Shown here piece after piece: positions 1 through 64,000 of a stretch of 64,000 nucleotides of DNA. How positions within the stretch are numbered: the stretch's first letter is position 1; every line of letters starts with the position of its first letter. The stretch is from the human T2T-CHM13v2.0 reference genome, Homo sapiens, in the NCBI RefSeq assembly GCF_009914755.1, contig NC_060941.1, one strand, 5' to 3'. The notes below the pieces were generated by a model. The model made no database searches and was not told the DNA's origin. It was given only the letters and a program-made list of their open reading frames with translations. A program made the position numbers and the translations under genes.

Positions 1-212
1 CACAGGTGGTCGTGGAAAGAGAGTCCCTCAAACTGAGCTTGCAAACTGAAGTCGTAAACTAACCTGAGAAAGGCAAGTACAAATAACAGGAATCTCAAAA
101 TAAACAAGCTGGAGATCTTAAAAGAGATGAAAGAAGTCCTGACTGTCACACAGTCCCTGGTCTGACTGAGCGGCCAGGCAGGAGGAACACCCGTGCTGAG
201 AAGCCACCCCAC

Positions 213-385
213 AGGTGAGGGCAGTGCCCTGGGGACGGGTGAGGCAGCAGGGGGTGAGGGCAGTGTCCTGGGGACGGGTGAGGTAGTGGGGGGTGAGGGC
301 AGTGCCCTGGGGACGGGTGAGGCAGCGGGGGGGGGGGGGGGGGTGAGGGCAGTGCCCTGGGGATGGGTGAGGCAGTGGGGGGTGG
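213..385 (+). repeat. ~39-bp G-rich VNTR, ~4 copies, with a G17 run
   Basis: GGTGAGGGCAGTGCCCTGGGGACGGGTGAGGCAG.. repeated; poly-G at 327-343. Confidence 0.9.
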
Positions 386-1032
386 ATGGTGCTGGCACAG
401 TCCACAGGGCTCCCAAGCCTATGCGAGTTTCGGCTGCATCTGGGGTCAGGGCCGTGGGCTCCACCTGAGGAGGCCCCTAACAGGGGTTCCCCACTCCCCA
501 CACCCTCCCACCCCAGGATCTGGGCTTGTGTTACCCACAAGTTCAAGGAGCAGAGGATGACTGTCCGCTCGGCAAATGCTCACTGGCACTGCTGTGTCTG
601 CAGCAGGCTGGGCATGGCTGGGGCTCTGGGACTCTGGGACTGCAAGGTCCAGCGTGATGGGTTCTGAAGCCGGCACCGCAGAGCCACCCGGTGAGGTTCC
701 AGCCACCAGCGAGGAGGGCACTAGGTCACCGACACTGGGCTGGGGCCTCGTCTAATCTTAGGTTGCGAGTCTCTTTGAGAAGGGTACAGAGGTGAACGCA
801 CTCCAGAGGGGAGGGAGGGAGACCCTGACCGCCAAGGTGACACACACCAGGGAGGGAAATGGATGGTGCCTGTCAAGGTGACACACACCAGGGCGTGGAG
901 GGGGGCTCTGCCGCTGACTGACGGTGACCTCAGACATGTGGCCCCGTAGACACCAGCCTCCTGGGTGTTGGGACTGGCGCTAGACCTGGGAATCACTCAG
1001 CACCGGCCCGGCACACAGCAGATGCTCTGTGA

Positions 1033-21415
<20,383 letters not shown>

Positions 21416-22729
21416 CGGACCAGGCCGCCGCGGAGCCGGGCCGGACGCGGGCGCCAGGCCCGGGGACGAACGCCGTAACAGGGAGCGCGAGGCAGGCACG
21501 GCGCAGGGACGCGAGTGCGACGCGCTCGGCCATCGGCCCCTGGGCTGGCGGCCAGGCCCGAGCAATCGGCGGCCGAGCGGGGCGGGGCTCAGAGCGGAGG
21601 CGGCGGCCGCGAGGGCGGGGCGGCCGGGCCTGGCTGCGCCCCCGGACCTCGCGGGACCGCGGCGGCGCAGGTGAGGTGCGGGTGCGGCTCTGGCTCTGCG
21701 CGCTAGGCCGGGCGGCTCCTGGCTGGAAGCGTTTCCCCCGCGCCAGTACCTGAAGAGGGACGGCCGGGCTCCCGAGCGACGCCTCCCAGCGTGGCTGTCC
21801 CGCAGCGGCGATGCGGGGCTGCTGAGAGAGGCTCGCACAGAGCCTGTGGGTGTAAATTGTGTGTAACTGGTCGTATGTACAAACTGAAAGTGCTGTGTTA
21901 CAGAGCCCTTAGGGTCAGCAGCCTCCGAACCCCTGCACGGAACCAGGGGCTGGATTACTGAACTGAGTCTGTCTCACATGCAAAGCTTTCCTTTCCTTTT
22001 CTCACCCAATCCTTTGTGCTTTCATAGTAGATAGGAAAAATAAATAAAAAATACATAAATTTTACCCTTCCCCAGCTGCTTCGTTATCCCTTGGATGCCG
22101 CCTTTATTCAGTATAATACTACGGTCAGCTCTGATGCACTTGGGGGCTTTTTCAAAATTATCAGCTTACCTTAAATCCTAGACAGTTTTCTCCAACCTGG
22201 AGTCAGTTTTGCAGTTTCTTCCTCTTTATAATCAAGCTGATCTGAGCTCTAGAAATACAAATTAGTTTTAATATTACCTAAAATTTGGATAAATTTCCTA
22301 CAGAAGCATCATATTGTGCGGCCTGATAAGAAAATGTTTAGAGGCTTCTGCCCGACTGTTTTCACTAGCATAGTACATCTAGTTTAACAAGGTCTTTAAA
22401 ACAAGGTTGTTTGGCAGTTATTTGTGTTATTATAGATCATAACCATCTTATAAACAAACTAGTGCTGTTTTGTTTTAGCAACAAATCACACATAGCAGAG
22501 GTCTCTATATCTTAACATGGAGGTAGACTTCCAGTTCATTTTCATGTTAGCAAAATGAGTTTCCTCCAAGTTAATCTATCAAAACTGGCCAGTATCAGAA
22601 CTGAAACTGAAAGTATAAGGAGAAAGGCAAAGGGAGAAGCTTCTGCCCCTGTTGATAACTCTTGATTTTCTCCACTAGGAAGAAGTCCCCAAGGAGACTT
22701 CGCCATAGGAGTTCACAGGAAATATTGAA

Positions 22730-45308
<22,579 letters not shown>

Positions 45309-45544
45309 GGGGAGAGCTCATGCCAGGGGGCTCCTGCTGGAGGCTGGGGGGGCTCTGCACTGCCAAATGGCCTGGGCAATACGGGCCCACGTGGGCGTCG
45401 TGCCCTCTGGCCCAGCAGTGTCTTGCCCACACTCAGTTCCTGAGGGCCCTGGGCAGCCCCTGGGGGAGAGACTAGAAAACACAGAAGGAAGCAGCACAGG
45501 GAGACCCGCTTTGTGATCTGCATGTGTGACACTGATTCTTTGGA

Positions 45545-45550
45545 AATAAA
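45545..45550 (+). terminator. HEXD polyadenylation signal AATAAA
   Basis: Canonical hexamer about 240 nt after the stop, with a U/GU-rich tract at 45578-45596. Confidence 0.8.
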
Positions 45551-46688
45551 GAGTGGAAGCTGCAGGTGACACGTGAAGGGTTATTTATGGTTATGATGAC
45601 CCTGTCCTGCAACGAGGGACTGGCAGCCACTACTGAGGAGGAGGGTCCCATCTCTCTCCTGTCGGCTTTCACCGAGGTCACAGCCAGACGTGGGGCAAAG
45701 GTGTTCCCTGTCCTACCCAGCCATTCCTGGGCCTGCCGCCTAGGGGCTCACAGGGCCCAGGAGTCCCCAGCTCACAGGCCAGGGCATCAGGCCAGGCGCG
45801 CTCGGTGCACACCGCACCTGGGAGGACCTGGGTACACTCAGGAGACCAAGAGCACTGGCGGGTCAGGATGGTTGGCGTTCAGCTCCTACGGGGTGGGGAG
45901 AAGTCTGTAGCCGAGAGCCCAGCCCCCTCCTGCCAGGTCTTCCCAGGTTCGAGAGAGGCTGGAACTCAATTTCTGCAGAAAATCTCCCAGTTTTTCCTGT
46001 TTGGTTAGTTTTTTTACAAAGACAGGATCTTGCTGTGTTGCCCAGGCTGGTCTTGAACTCCTGGCCTCAAGCAATCCTCCCACCTCGGCCTCCGAAAGTG
46101 CTGGGATTACTGGCATGAACCACTGCGCCCGGCTGGAGCTCCCGGTTTTTAAGCACTGCACGATACTAGAAGAGCTGACCTTTTTTCTGGCCTCACAGCT
46201 TATGCTGAAGCTGAGTGTGAGGAACAGAGAGACCTTTCTGTGACGACCGCTGGGGCAGAGTGGTCTATGCGCCGAGATCCTGGCATCAGCAAGGGAGGCG
46301 GGTCCTCGGGGAGGGGCAGCTTCCACAGTGTGGCTGCAGCGTGCACAGCCAGGTAGGCCCTGGATGTTCACCCCTCACTGCCCTTGGGGAAGCACCTGAC
46401 CGCTGGGGATGTCCACCAGGGAGAGGACGCTGTGTCGGGGACAACATGCAGCATCAGCACCCACAAGGGCCCGGCCTGGCCCCGCCTCTCCACTCGCCCG
46501 AGGTCTTGCTGTGGCCCAAAGCAGGAGTCCAGGGCTGGCGAGACCTCCGGCTGCAGAAAGGCAGGCCCAGGCCTCACGATGGAGAAAGTCTGGATGTCCT
46601 GGTCTGGCCTGCTGTTTCATGCAGTGTGCAAGCAGCAGCATGAGCAGGCAATAGGCCAACTCGGCTGGAGGCACCAACTGAAGCCAAG

Positions 46689-46918
46689 GCCACGGGTCCT
46701 GTGGGCGGTGCACGGGCTCAGGCACACCGGGAATGTGCCACGGGTCCTGTGGGCGGTGCACGGGCTCAGGCACACCGGGAATGTGCCACGGGTCCTGTGG
46801 GCGGTGCACGGGCTCAGGCACACCGGGAATGTGCCACGGGTCCTGTGGGCGGTGCACGGGCTCAGGCACACCGGGAATGTGCCATGGGTCCTGTGGGCGG
46901 TGCACGGGCTCAGGCACA
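46689..46918 (-). repeat. 48-bp VNTR (~4.8 copies) in CYBC1 3'UTR
   Basis: Plus-strand unit starts at 46689, 46737, 46785, 46833, 46881; the array begins about 10 nt after the CYBC1 stop. Confidence 0.95.
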
Positions 46919-46927
46919 GTGGGGCTG

Positions 46928-52178
<5,251 letters not shown>

Positions 52179-53339
52179 CCCGAGAGGGCAGCACCACTCT
52201 CTACAGGAGGAGGGGTCTGGGAACAGACAGAGGCAGCTGAGCCCTTGGGCCTGCACACAGGCAGGCGCCCACGCCATCAGGCCCAGTCTGGAGGCCAAGA
52301 GCAGGTCCCCCAACTAAGTCACCTGCAGCCCCAGACACCATCAGCCAGTCTCACCTGGTCTCTGTGGTTGGGCACGTCACTGGATCCCCCAGAGACCCCG
52401 TTTCCTGTGTAAGGAAGGCCCTTTTCCGTTCACAGCGACACCGACTGCGCGGGGGCTGTTTCCCGCTCAGACTCACGAGCTACAGCTGCATCACCACCTG
52501 CCCCGTCCTGTCTGGAAACCTTATGTCCTGAGGCCGCTAGCCCCCAGCAGCCTTTAAGCTTCTAGCATCTGTGGGCACCCCCTCTCCCCTGTGCTGGCCT
52601 CCACCAAGAAAGGAACTGAAAGTCCCATCATGGCTTCCGGCCGTACTGGCTCTCGCACTGGCATGGACCAACGATCTCAGCTCTCTCTCTGCCCTCCTCC
52701 ACCTGCTGAAAGTTCAGACTGCACAGTAGAGGGTCCCAAAGCGGCCAGAACCGACGAGTCACCAAAGGGGCTAATCTTCCACAGCGGAGTTCCGCACGGG
52801 CGCAGCAGCCCTGCCACTTCACCGTACGCTCCCAACACTGGCCCCAGGGACCCCGTTCTGGTAGTTTCTCAGGGCTTTCCCTGTGAAGTCAAATCAAATT
52901 TCTGACATTAAGTAGGGGGTTCAGGCTGGGCGCGGTGGCTCAGGCCTGTAATCTCAGCACTTTGGGAGGACGAGGCGTGCGGATTGTTTGAGTCACGGAG
53001 TTCAAGACCAGCCAGGGCAACGTGGCGAAACCCCGTCTCCACAGAAAATACATAAAACAGCCCGGTGTGGTGGTGTACGCCTGTGGTCCTAGTTATTCAG
53101 GAGGCTGAGCTGGGAGGATCACCTGAGGCCGGGAGGTGGAGGCTGCAGTGAGCAGAAATCGTGCCACTGGACTCCAGCCTGGGTGACAGAGTGAGACCGT
53201 GTCTCAAAAAAATAAAAAATAGTGGGTTCAAATCACACAAACCAATCCTAGATGCTGGTATATGACTGGGCTCCCTCCCGGGCCTCAGTTGCCTCATTGC
53301 TCCCGAAACACCCGGCATTCCACATCCAAATGCACACAC

Positions 53340-53880
53340 ACACGCACACTCGCGGACACAAGCACACGCGCGCTGGCAAAGCCGCCCGCGCCGCTAGTCG
53401 CACCGAGCGCTCGTTTCTTTGTCCGGATCGGGGGCGCTCCCGCCGCCGGGGCCAACCTGCAGCGGAACAGGCGCGAGGCCGCCCGCGACGGGCACGGCGG
53501 GACACGGAACAGCCGGCAGGCGGGCCCAGGACGCAGACCCCTCCCGGAGTGGGCCTAAGGGTGCCGGGACGCGCGGCACGGAGCGGGAAGGAAGTGCGGA
53601 GCCCACCCAGCCCAGCCGCCTACCGAGAGCACAGCGGTCCCCGCGCCGCAGCAGAGAGACGCGAACCGGCGGGGGCGGGGCCGCGCGCACTTCCGGGATT
53701 GGAGCGGAGCCGAGCCGACTTTCGGGGGCGGGGCCGCGCGCGCTTCCGGGATTGGGGGCGGGGCCGCGCGCGCTTACGGGATTGGGGCGGGGCCGCAAGC
53801 ATTTCCTGGATGGGGCGGAGCCGAGCGGATTTCCGGGATCCGGGCGGAGCCGCAGGAGGAGGCGGGTGGTTCCTGCTAAA
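53340..53880 (-). promoter_or_regulatory. CpG island / CYBC1 promoter and non-coding first exon
   Basis: CpG-dense, repeated GC boxes, ETS-like CTTCCGG and GATTGG motifs. Minus-strand donor-like CTCG|GTAGG at about 53623. Confidence 0.8.
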
Positions 53881-54504
53881 GAAGCCAGTTTTCTTGAAAA
53901 AAAGAAACGTGCGGGGAAACGTATCCGACAGCAAAGAACTTACCAAGGACTATGAACGTCTTGCTAACATAGAAGCGAAACTGAAGCGGTTCTCATTGCC
54001 AAAAAAGAAGATTTGAGCATGAATAAGAACAGGAATTCGAGTGAATTTAAAATCCTCAGATGCTCCAGTCTGTAATTCATAATAATGTATTTTTTAACTC
54101 TGTTCACCTTTGGAGGATGCTGGTAAGCTCACCCCAGTTTGTGGCCTGGTTAATAAAAGGAAAGCATCAAGCATTTGTCCTGCCTTTATGAAATTTACAG
54201 CAGAGTAACCAAATACTGCATGAGAAGAATTTCTCATTATAGAAGTTTTCCCGCTAATAAATGAAGAAGAAACAGTAGGATTAAAACATCACCCTATGAA
54301 TTAACGGACCTAGGCAATGTCATCAATGACTGCTAATTAACATCGCAAAAAGGTCAGTTAGATATCAGAAGTACACAACACTATGAAGTAGTCTTGCCAG
54401 AAAAAATTTAACCTGAATGTGAACAAGCTTCTAGAGTGAATTACTGGAAATGTGGAAGACAAGACTGTACTAAAGGATTCTACAAGGATACAGTCAGCAA
54501 TTCG

Positions 54505-56078
<1,574 letters not shown>

Positions 56079-56119
56079 TAAGTACGCCTCAAGTTATGTC
56101 AAAATCAAGTTTTTATTTT

Positions 56120-57382
56120 ATTTATTTATTTATTTTAGTATTTATCAATCATTCCTGGGTGTTTCTCAGAGAGGGGGATGTGGCAGGGTCATAGGACAAT
56201 AGTGGAGAGAAGGTCAGCAGATAAACACTTGAACAAAGGTCTCTGGTTTTCCTACGCAGCGGTCCCTGCGGACTTCCACAGTGTTTGTGTCCCTGGGTAC
56301 TTGAGATTAGGGAGTGGTGATGACTCTTAACGAGCATGCTGCCTTCAAGCATCTGTTTAACAAAGCACATCTTGCACCGCCCTTAATCCATTTAACCCTG
56401 AGTTGACACAGCACAGGTTTCAGAGAGCACGGGGTTGGGGGTAAGGTCATAGATTAACAGCATCCCAAGGCAGAAGAATTTTTCTTAGTACAGAACAAAA
56501 TGGTGTCTCCTTGGTCTGCTTCTTTCTACACAGACACAGTAACAGTCTGATCTCTCTTTCTTTTCCCCACATTTCCCCCTTTCCTTTTCGACAAAACCGC
56601 CATCGTCATCATGGCCCGTTCTCGATGGTCACTGTCTCCTCGGAGCTGTTGGGTACACCTGCAGAAAGGCTCCCAGATGGGGTGGCCGGGCAGAGGCGCC
56701 CCTCACCTCCCAGACGGGGCGGCCGGGCAGAGGCGCTCCTCACATCCAAGACGGGGTGGCAGCCGGGCAGAGGCTCTCCTCACTTCCTAGACAGGGTGGC
56801 GGCCGGGCAGAGGCTCTCCTCACTTCCCAGACAGGGTGGCGGCCGGGCAGAGGCGCTCCTCACATCCCAGACGGGGCAGCCAGGCAGAGGCGCTCCTCAC
56901 ATCCCAGACGATGGGTGGCCGGGCAGAGACACTCCTCACTTCCTAGACAGGGTGGCGGCTGGGCAGAGGCTGTAATCTTAGCACTTTGGGAGGCTAAGGC
57001 AGGCGGCTGGGAGGTGGAGGTTGTAGCGAGCCGAGATCACGCCACTGCACTCCAGCCTGGGCAGCACTGAGTGAGAGAGACTCCGTCTGCAATCCCAGCA
57101 CCTCGGGAGGCCGAGGCGGGCAGATCACTCAAGGTCAGGAGCTGGAGACCAGCCCGGCCAACACAGCGAAACCCCATCTCCACCAAAAATACAAAAACCA
57201 GTCAGGCGTGGTGGCGCATGCCTGCAATCCCAGGCACTCGGCAGGCTGAGGCAGGAGAATCATGGGAGCCCGAGGCAGGGAGGTTGCAGCAAGCCGAGAT
57301 CACGGCAGTACAGTCCAGCCTCGGCAACAGAGGGAGACTGTGGGAAGAGAGAAGAGAGAAGAGAGGAGAGGGAGAGGGAGAA
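56120..57382 (-). mobile_element. Full-length SVA retrotransposon, probably SVA_A, short VNTR
   Basis: On the plus strand: T-rich tail, SINE-R (~56150-56665), VNTR GCAGAGGCGCTCCTCACATCCCAGAC (~56670-56970), Alu-like domain, degenerate (GGGAGA)n. TSD CAAGTTTTTATTTT at 56106-56119 and 57383-57396. Confidence 0.92.
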
Positions 57383-57585
57383 CAAGTTTTTATTTTTAAA
57401 GAGAGACTTTTCAATGTCTTCCGTAAGTTCATAGAAAAAGAGACTTAAGAAACATATGAACCAATTGTAATATAGACTATTAAAACATACTAGACCTTAT
57501 TTAGATCCTGATTTAAACAAACTGTAAAAAAATATGAGACAATGGGGAAAACTGGACATTGGCTATTTGATAAAAAAAAAATTAA

Positions 57586-58068
<483 letters not shown>

Positions 58069-58365
58069 TGAGTAGCTGTGATTACAGGCACCCACTATCA
58101 CACACAGCAAATTTTTCTATTATTAGTAGAGATGGGGTTTCACCATGTTGACCAGGCTGGTCTCAAACACCTGACCTCAGGTGATCCACCCACCTCAGCC
58201 TCCCAAAGTGCTGGGATTACAGGCGTGAGCCACCACACCTGGCCAGTTATGTTTGTAAAACATTAACAAAAAAGCTATACAAATGACAACCTAAAATTAT
58301 CCTTTTATTTAAACTGAAGTTGAGGGGAGATATTTTCTGAGAGATGCTGACTTGAATTTGAGTAA

Positions 58366-58732
<367 letters not shown>

Positions 58733-58757
58733 TGAGCTCAACTTTGAAGTGTCAACT

Positions 58758-60708
<1,951 letters not shown>

Positions 60709-61049
60709 AGGACAGGAAGGAAGGCTCTAACATGGGGAATCCTGAGAACTGCTGCTGTCTGTTAAATACGCCTACAAGTTATTTTTCTTATGTCACACTC
60801 TCCCAGACATGTTCTTACTTCTCATTTCTGATTTCTGTAATACACACACACTGATTTCATAAAACGTTTATGAGTCCAACACTTCCATTATAGCCCTGTA
60901 TCAATGTTTTGCTTAGCTGAAATCAATTTCTTGGAGGAGTAAGTGTTATCTTTACTTTGTAAGCTGTAAGGGCCCAAATCAATGTACTTGGTAAAACTAT
61001 CCATAGTGAACACACGCAAATGTCAAATGGCCATCATTTAGCATCTGCC

Positions 61050-62350
61050 CTCGGGCTTCCGGGTCCATCACGTGGTTACTGACAGGCAGGCCGCGCATGC
61101 GCGCTGCTACTCCGCCGAGCCTACGTGACACGACGTCAAGTGGCAATGGCGGCGGACGAGGGCTGTGCCCCCGGCCCGCCCCGTTAGGAGCCGCGAGTAA
61201 GGCGAGTGTCCAACGCCGAGCTGGCTGACAGAGCCCGGCCGCGGCCTCCGCGGGCCCAGGGGCCTCCAGGCCCCGTGACCACCGGACCGAGCACCCTGGA
61301 ACGGCCCCAGCTTGGCCTCGGGACAGTCCGCGCGCTCACCGACTCCCTGGTGAACGCCGCTTGGCCGCCGCCGCCGCCGCAGGACCCACGAGAAGCGGAA
61401 ACCGGCGCAAGGACCCGGTCCCCCCGGCGCCGTACGTGGAGTGAGCCTGCGGTCCGCCCCGCGCGCTCCGATTGGCTCTGGGGCCTGGCCCGCCCCTTCC
61501 CGACACTGTCATTGGCCTAGGCAAAGCCGTAAGGGTGGGGAATCCTATTGGCCCAGGGGTGCGGCTTGTCCTCTCCCGGTGCTCTCATTGGCCGAGCGCG
61601 GCCGTTGGGGGTGAGGCCGCGTCGGGGGAGGACAACAAAGGGCCGCGGGCGGCGGGCAGTGGTGTCCCAGTCTCCCGGTGCTTCCCTGAGGCTGAGGCGC
61701 CCGGCCTCCCGCCCGCCGCGCTCCAGATGAAGTGTGAGCACTGCACGCGCAAGGTGAGCGCCGCGGGCCGGGGAGGCGCGCGCCTGGTGCTTGTCCTGTG
61801 GGGCTCTGGGCGGCCGAGGTTGGCGGTCCGGGCCCGCCGCTCGCTCGCTTCAGGGCTCTTCAAGGCGCCCCCGGCCTCGGCACCCTGGGCCCGCTCGGCG
61901 TGGAGGCGGCCGGCGCGGGGTCCGCTGCGCTCTGCAGGGCGGGTTCGGTCTTCGCGGTTCTCCCTGAACTTGTCCATCTTTCCCACGCCCGCGAAGCGCG
62001 GAAACGCACGGAGACCGAGCCTCTCGTGCCGCGCACCACAGTCCGAGTAAACAGCGGTCGTGGCGGGAATGATCAGAAGCGTTTCGAGAGGGTTTTAGGC
62101 GTTTTCGAACCTGCCCCTCTGAGGGTCACCGAGCAGCCGGTGCAGGGGCGGAAGCGGGTGACGGCTGCTGACCGGCGCCTTCCGCGGTTGTCTCCAGGCC
62201 ATGGCAACAACCGCGCAGCGCACGCAGGGGGGTTTTGTAGCTGTTATTGCCGGAATGGGCTCCTGTGGATGCTGCTCTGTGGCTGGCACTTCTGCGCGTG
62301 ACGCCGTGGCAGGAGGCTTCCTAACATTCCATGGGTCGTTCATCCCCGGT
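61050..62350 (+). promoter_or_regulatory. CpG island / NARF promoter
   Basis: CACGTG 61069-61074, NRF1 palindrome GCGCATGCGC 61093-61102, TACGTG 61122-61127, four ATTGG (reverse CCAAT) at 61471, 61511, 61547, 61587. Possible upstream exon donor at 61441. Confidence 0.85.
61727..61753 (+). CDS. NARF: NARF coding exon 1
   Basis: ATG...AAG|gtgagc = MKCEHCTRK, the recognised N-terminus of nuclear prelamin A recognition factor. Confidence 0.9.
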
Positions 62351-62685
62351 GGTGGCTGCGTCCTATTCTAAGTACACCTGTGTCCAGGGGAATTCGCCTG
62401 TGGGGTGAAGGCTACAGTTGCTTCTGCTTTTTTATTATTGTAAACAATAGAGATGTGTGTGTGTCCTTCAGTACCTGTTTCACTAGAAGGGTTAGAAGGA
62501 TAGAAGGCCAGGCACGGTGGCTCAAGCCTGTTATCCCAGCACCTTGGGAGGGGAGGCCGAGGCGGGTGGATCACCTGAGGTCAGCAGTTCAAGACCATCG
62601 TGGCCAACATGGCGAAACCCAGTCTCTACTAAAAATATAAAATTAGCTGGGTGTGGTGGCGCACACCTGTAATCCCAGCTACTCA

Positions 62686-62862
<177 letters not shown>

Positions 62863-62914
62863 TTAAGGGAGACGAAGTAAAAGTTCATTGATAATGTTCC
62901 TTTGCTTTTTTAAG

Positions 62915-62995
62915 GAATGTAGTAAGAAAACAAAAACTGATGACCAAGAGAATGTGTCAGCCGATGCACCGAGTCCAGCCCAGGAAAATGGAGAG
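62915..62995 (+). CDS. NARF: NARF coding exon 2
   Basis: ttaag|GAATGT...GGAGAG|gcaagt (GC donor); ECSKKTKTDDQENVSADAPSPAQENGE. Confidence 0.88.
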
Positions 62996-63499
62996 GCAAG
63001 TAGATTTTTCAGTTTTGTATCAGCCCAGAGTAAACTACTGCTGCTGTTTTTCTCTTTGGGGGCTCACAGCACCGTGCACATCACTGCTTTAAAGAAGACT
63101 GAAGTACGCGGGCATGGTGGCTCACGCCTGGAATCCCAGCACTTTGGGAGGCCGAGGTGGACGGATCACTTGAGGTCAGGAGTTTGAGACCAGCCTGGCC
63201 AACATGGTGAAACCTTATCTCTGCTAAAAATACAAAAATTATCCAGGTATGGTGGTGTACGCCTGTAATCCCAGCTACTCAGGAGGCTGAGGCAGGAGAA
63301 TTGCTTGACCCTGGAAGACAGAGGTTGCAGTGAGCTGAGATTGTACCACTGTACTTCAGCCTGGGCAACAGAGTGAGACTCTGTCCCAAAAAAAAGACTG
63401 AAATAGGCCAGGCGTGGTGGCTCATGCCTGTAATCCCAGAACTTTGGGAGGCCGAGGCAGGCGGATCATGAGATCAGGAGATTGAGACTATCCTGGCTA

Positions 63500-63974
<475 letters not shown>

Positions 63975-64000
63975 CTACAGGTATGCACCACCATGCTCAG

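Noticed and set aside
53252-54016. 254-aa plus-strand ORF across the CYBC1 promoter
   Set aside because: Arg/Gly/Ala-rich product of a stop-poor CpG island. The Lys-rich tail runs into what looks like an old L1 fragment, and there is no splice or domain support.
56511-57448. ORFs with AEALLTSQTG repeats
   Set aside because: SVA VNTR translation.

Overview
Human genomic DNA, GC-rich and Alu-dense. From the translated exons I recognise it as the distal 17q25.3 cluster. It contains four spliced genes: OGFOD3 (minus; 8 coding exons, last exon outside the window), HEXD/HEXDC (plus; complete 486-aa GH20 hexosaminidase D, head-to-head with OGFOD3), CYBC1/C17orf62/EROS (minus; complete 187-aa CDS, tail-to-tail with HEXD) and the first two coding exons of NARF (plus). 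All exon phases add up. Repeats include a full-length short-VNTR SVA, an AluYa5, a Y4 RNA retrocopy, several LTRs and at least seven VNTRs. Best unexplained signals: (1) a 21-bp VNTR made of 11 in-frame copies of the OGFOD3 exon-7 splice donor, beside the HxD iron-binding motif; (2) a 224-codon alternative frame through the CYBC1 3'UTR 48-bp VNTR, reachable by skipping one exon; (3) an 8x81-bp E-box VNTR sharing a 14-mer with the NARF promoter; (4) an interlocked bidirectional poly(A) module between HEXD and CYBC1; (5) GC-AG introns, one of which switches HEXD between two reading frames. Gene and repeat-family names are from recognition, not database searches, and functional claims are hypotheses.
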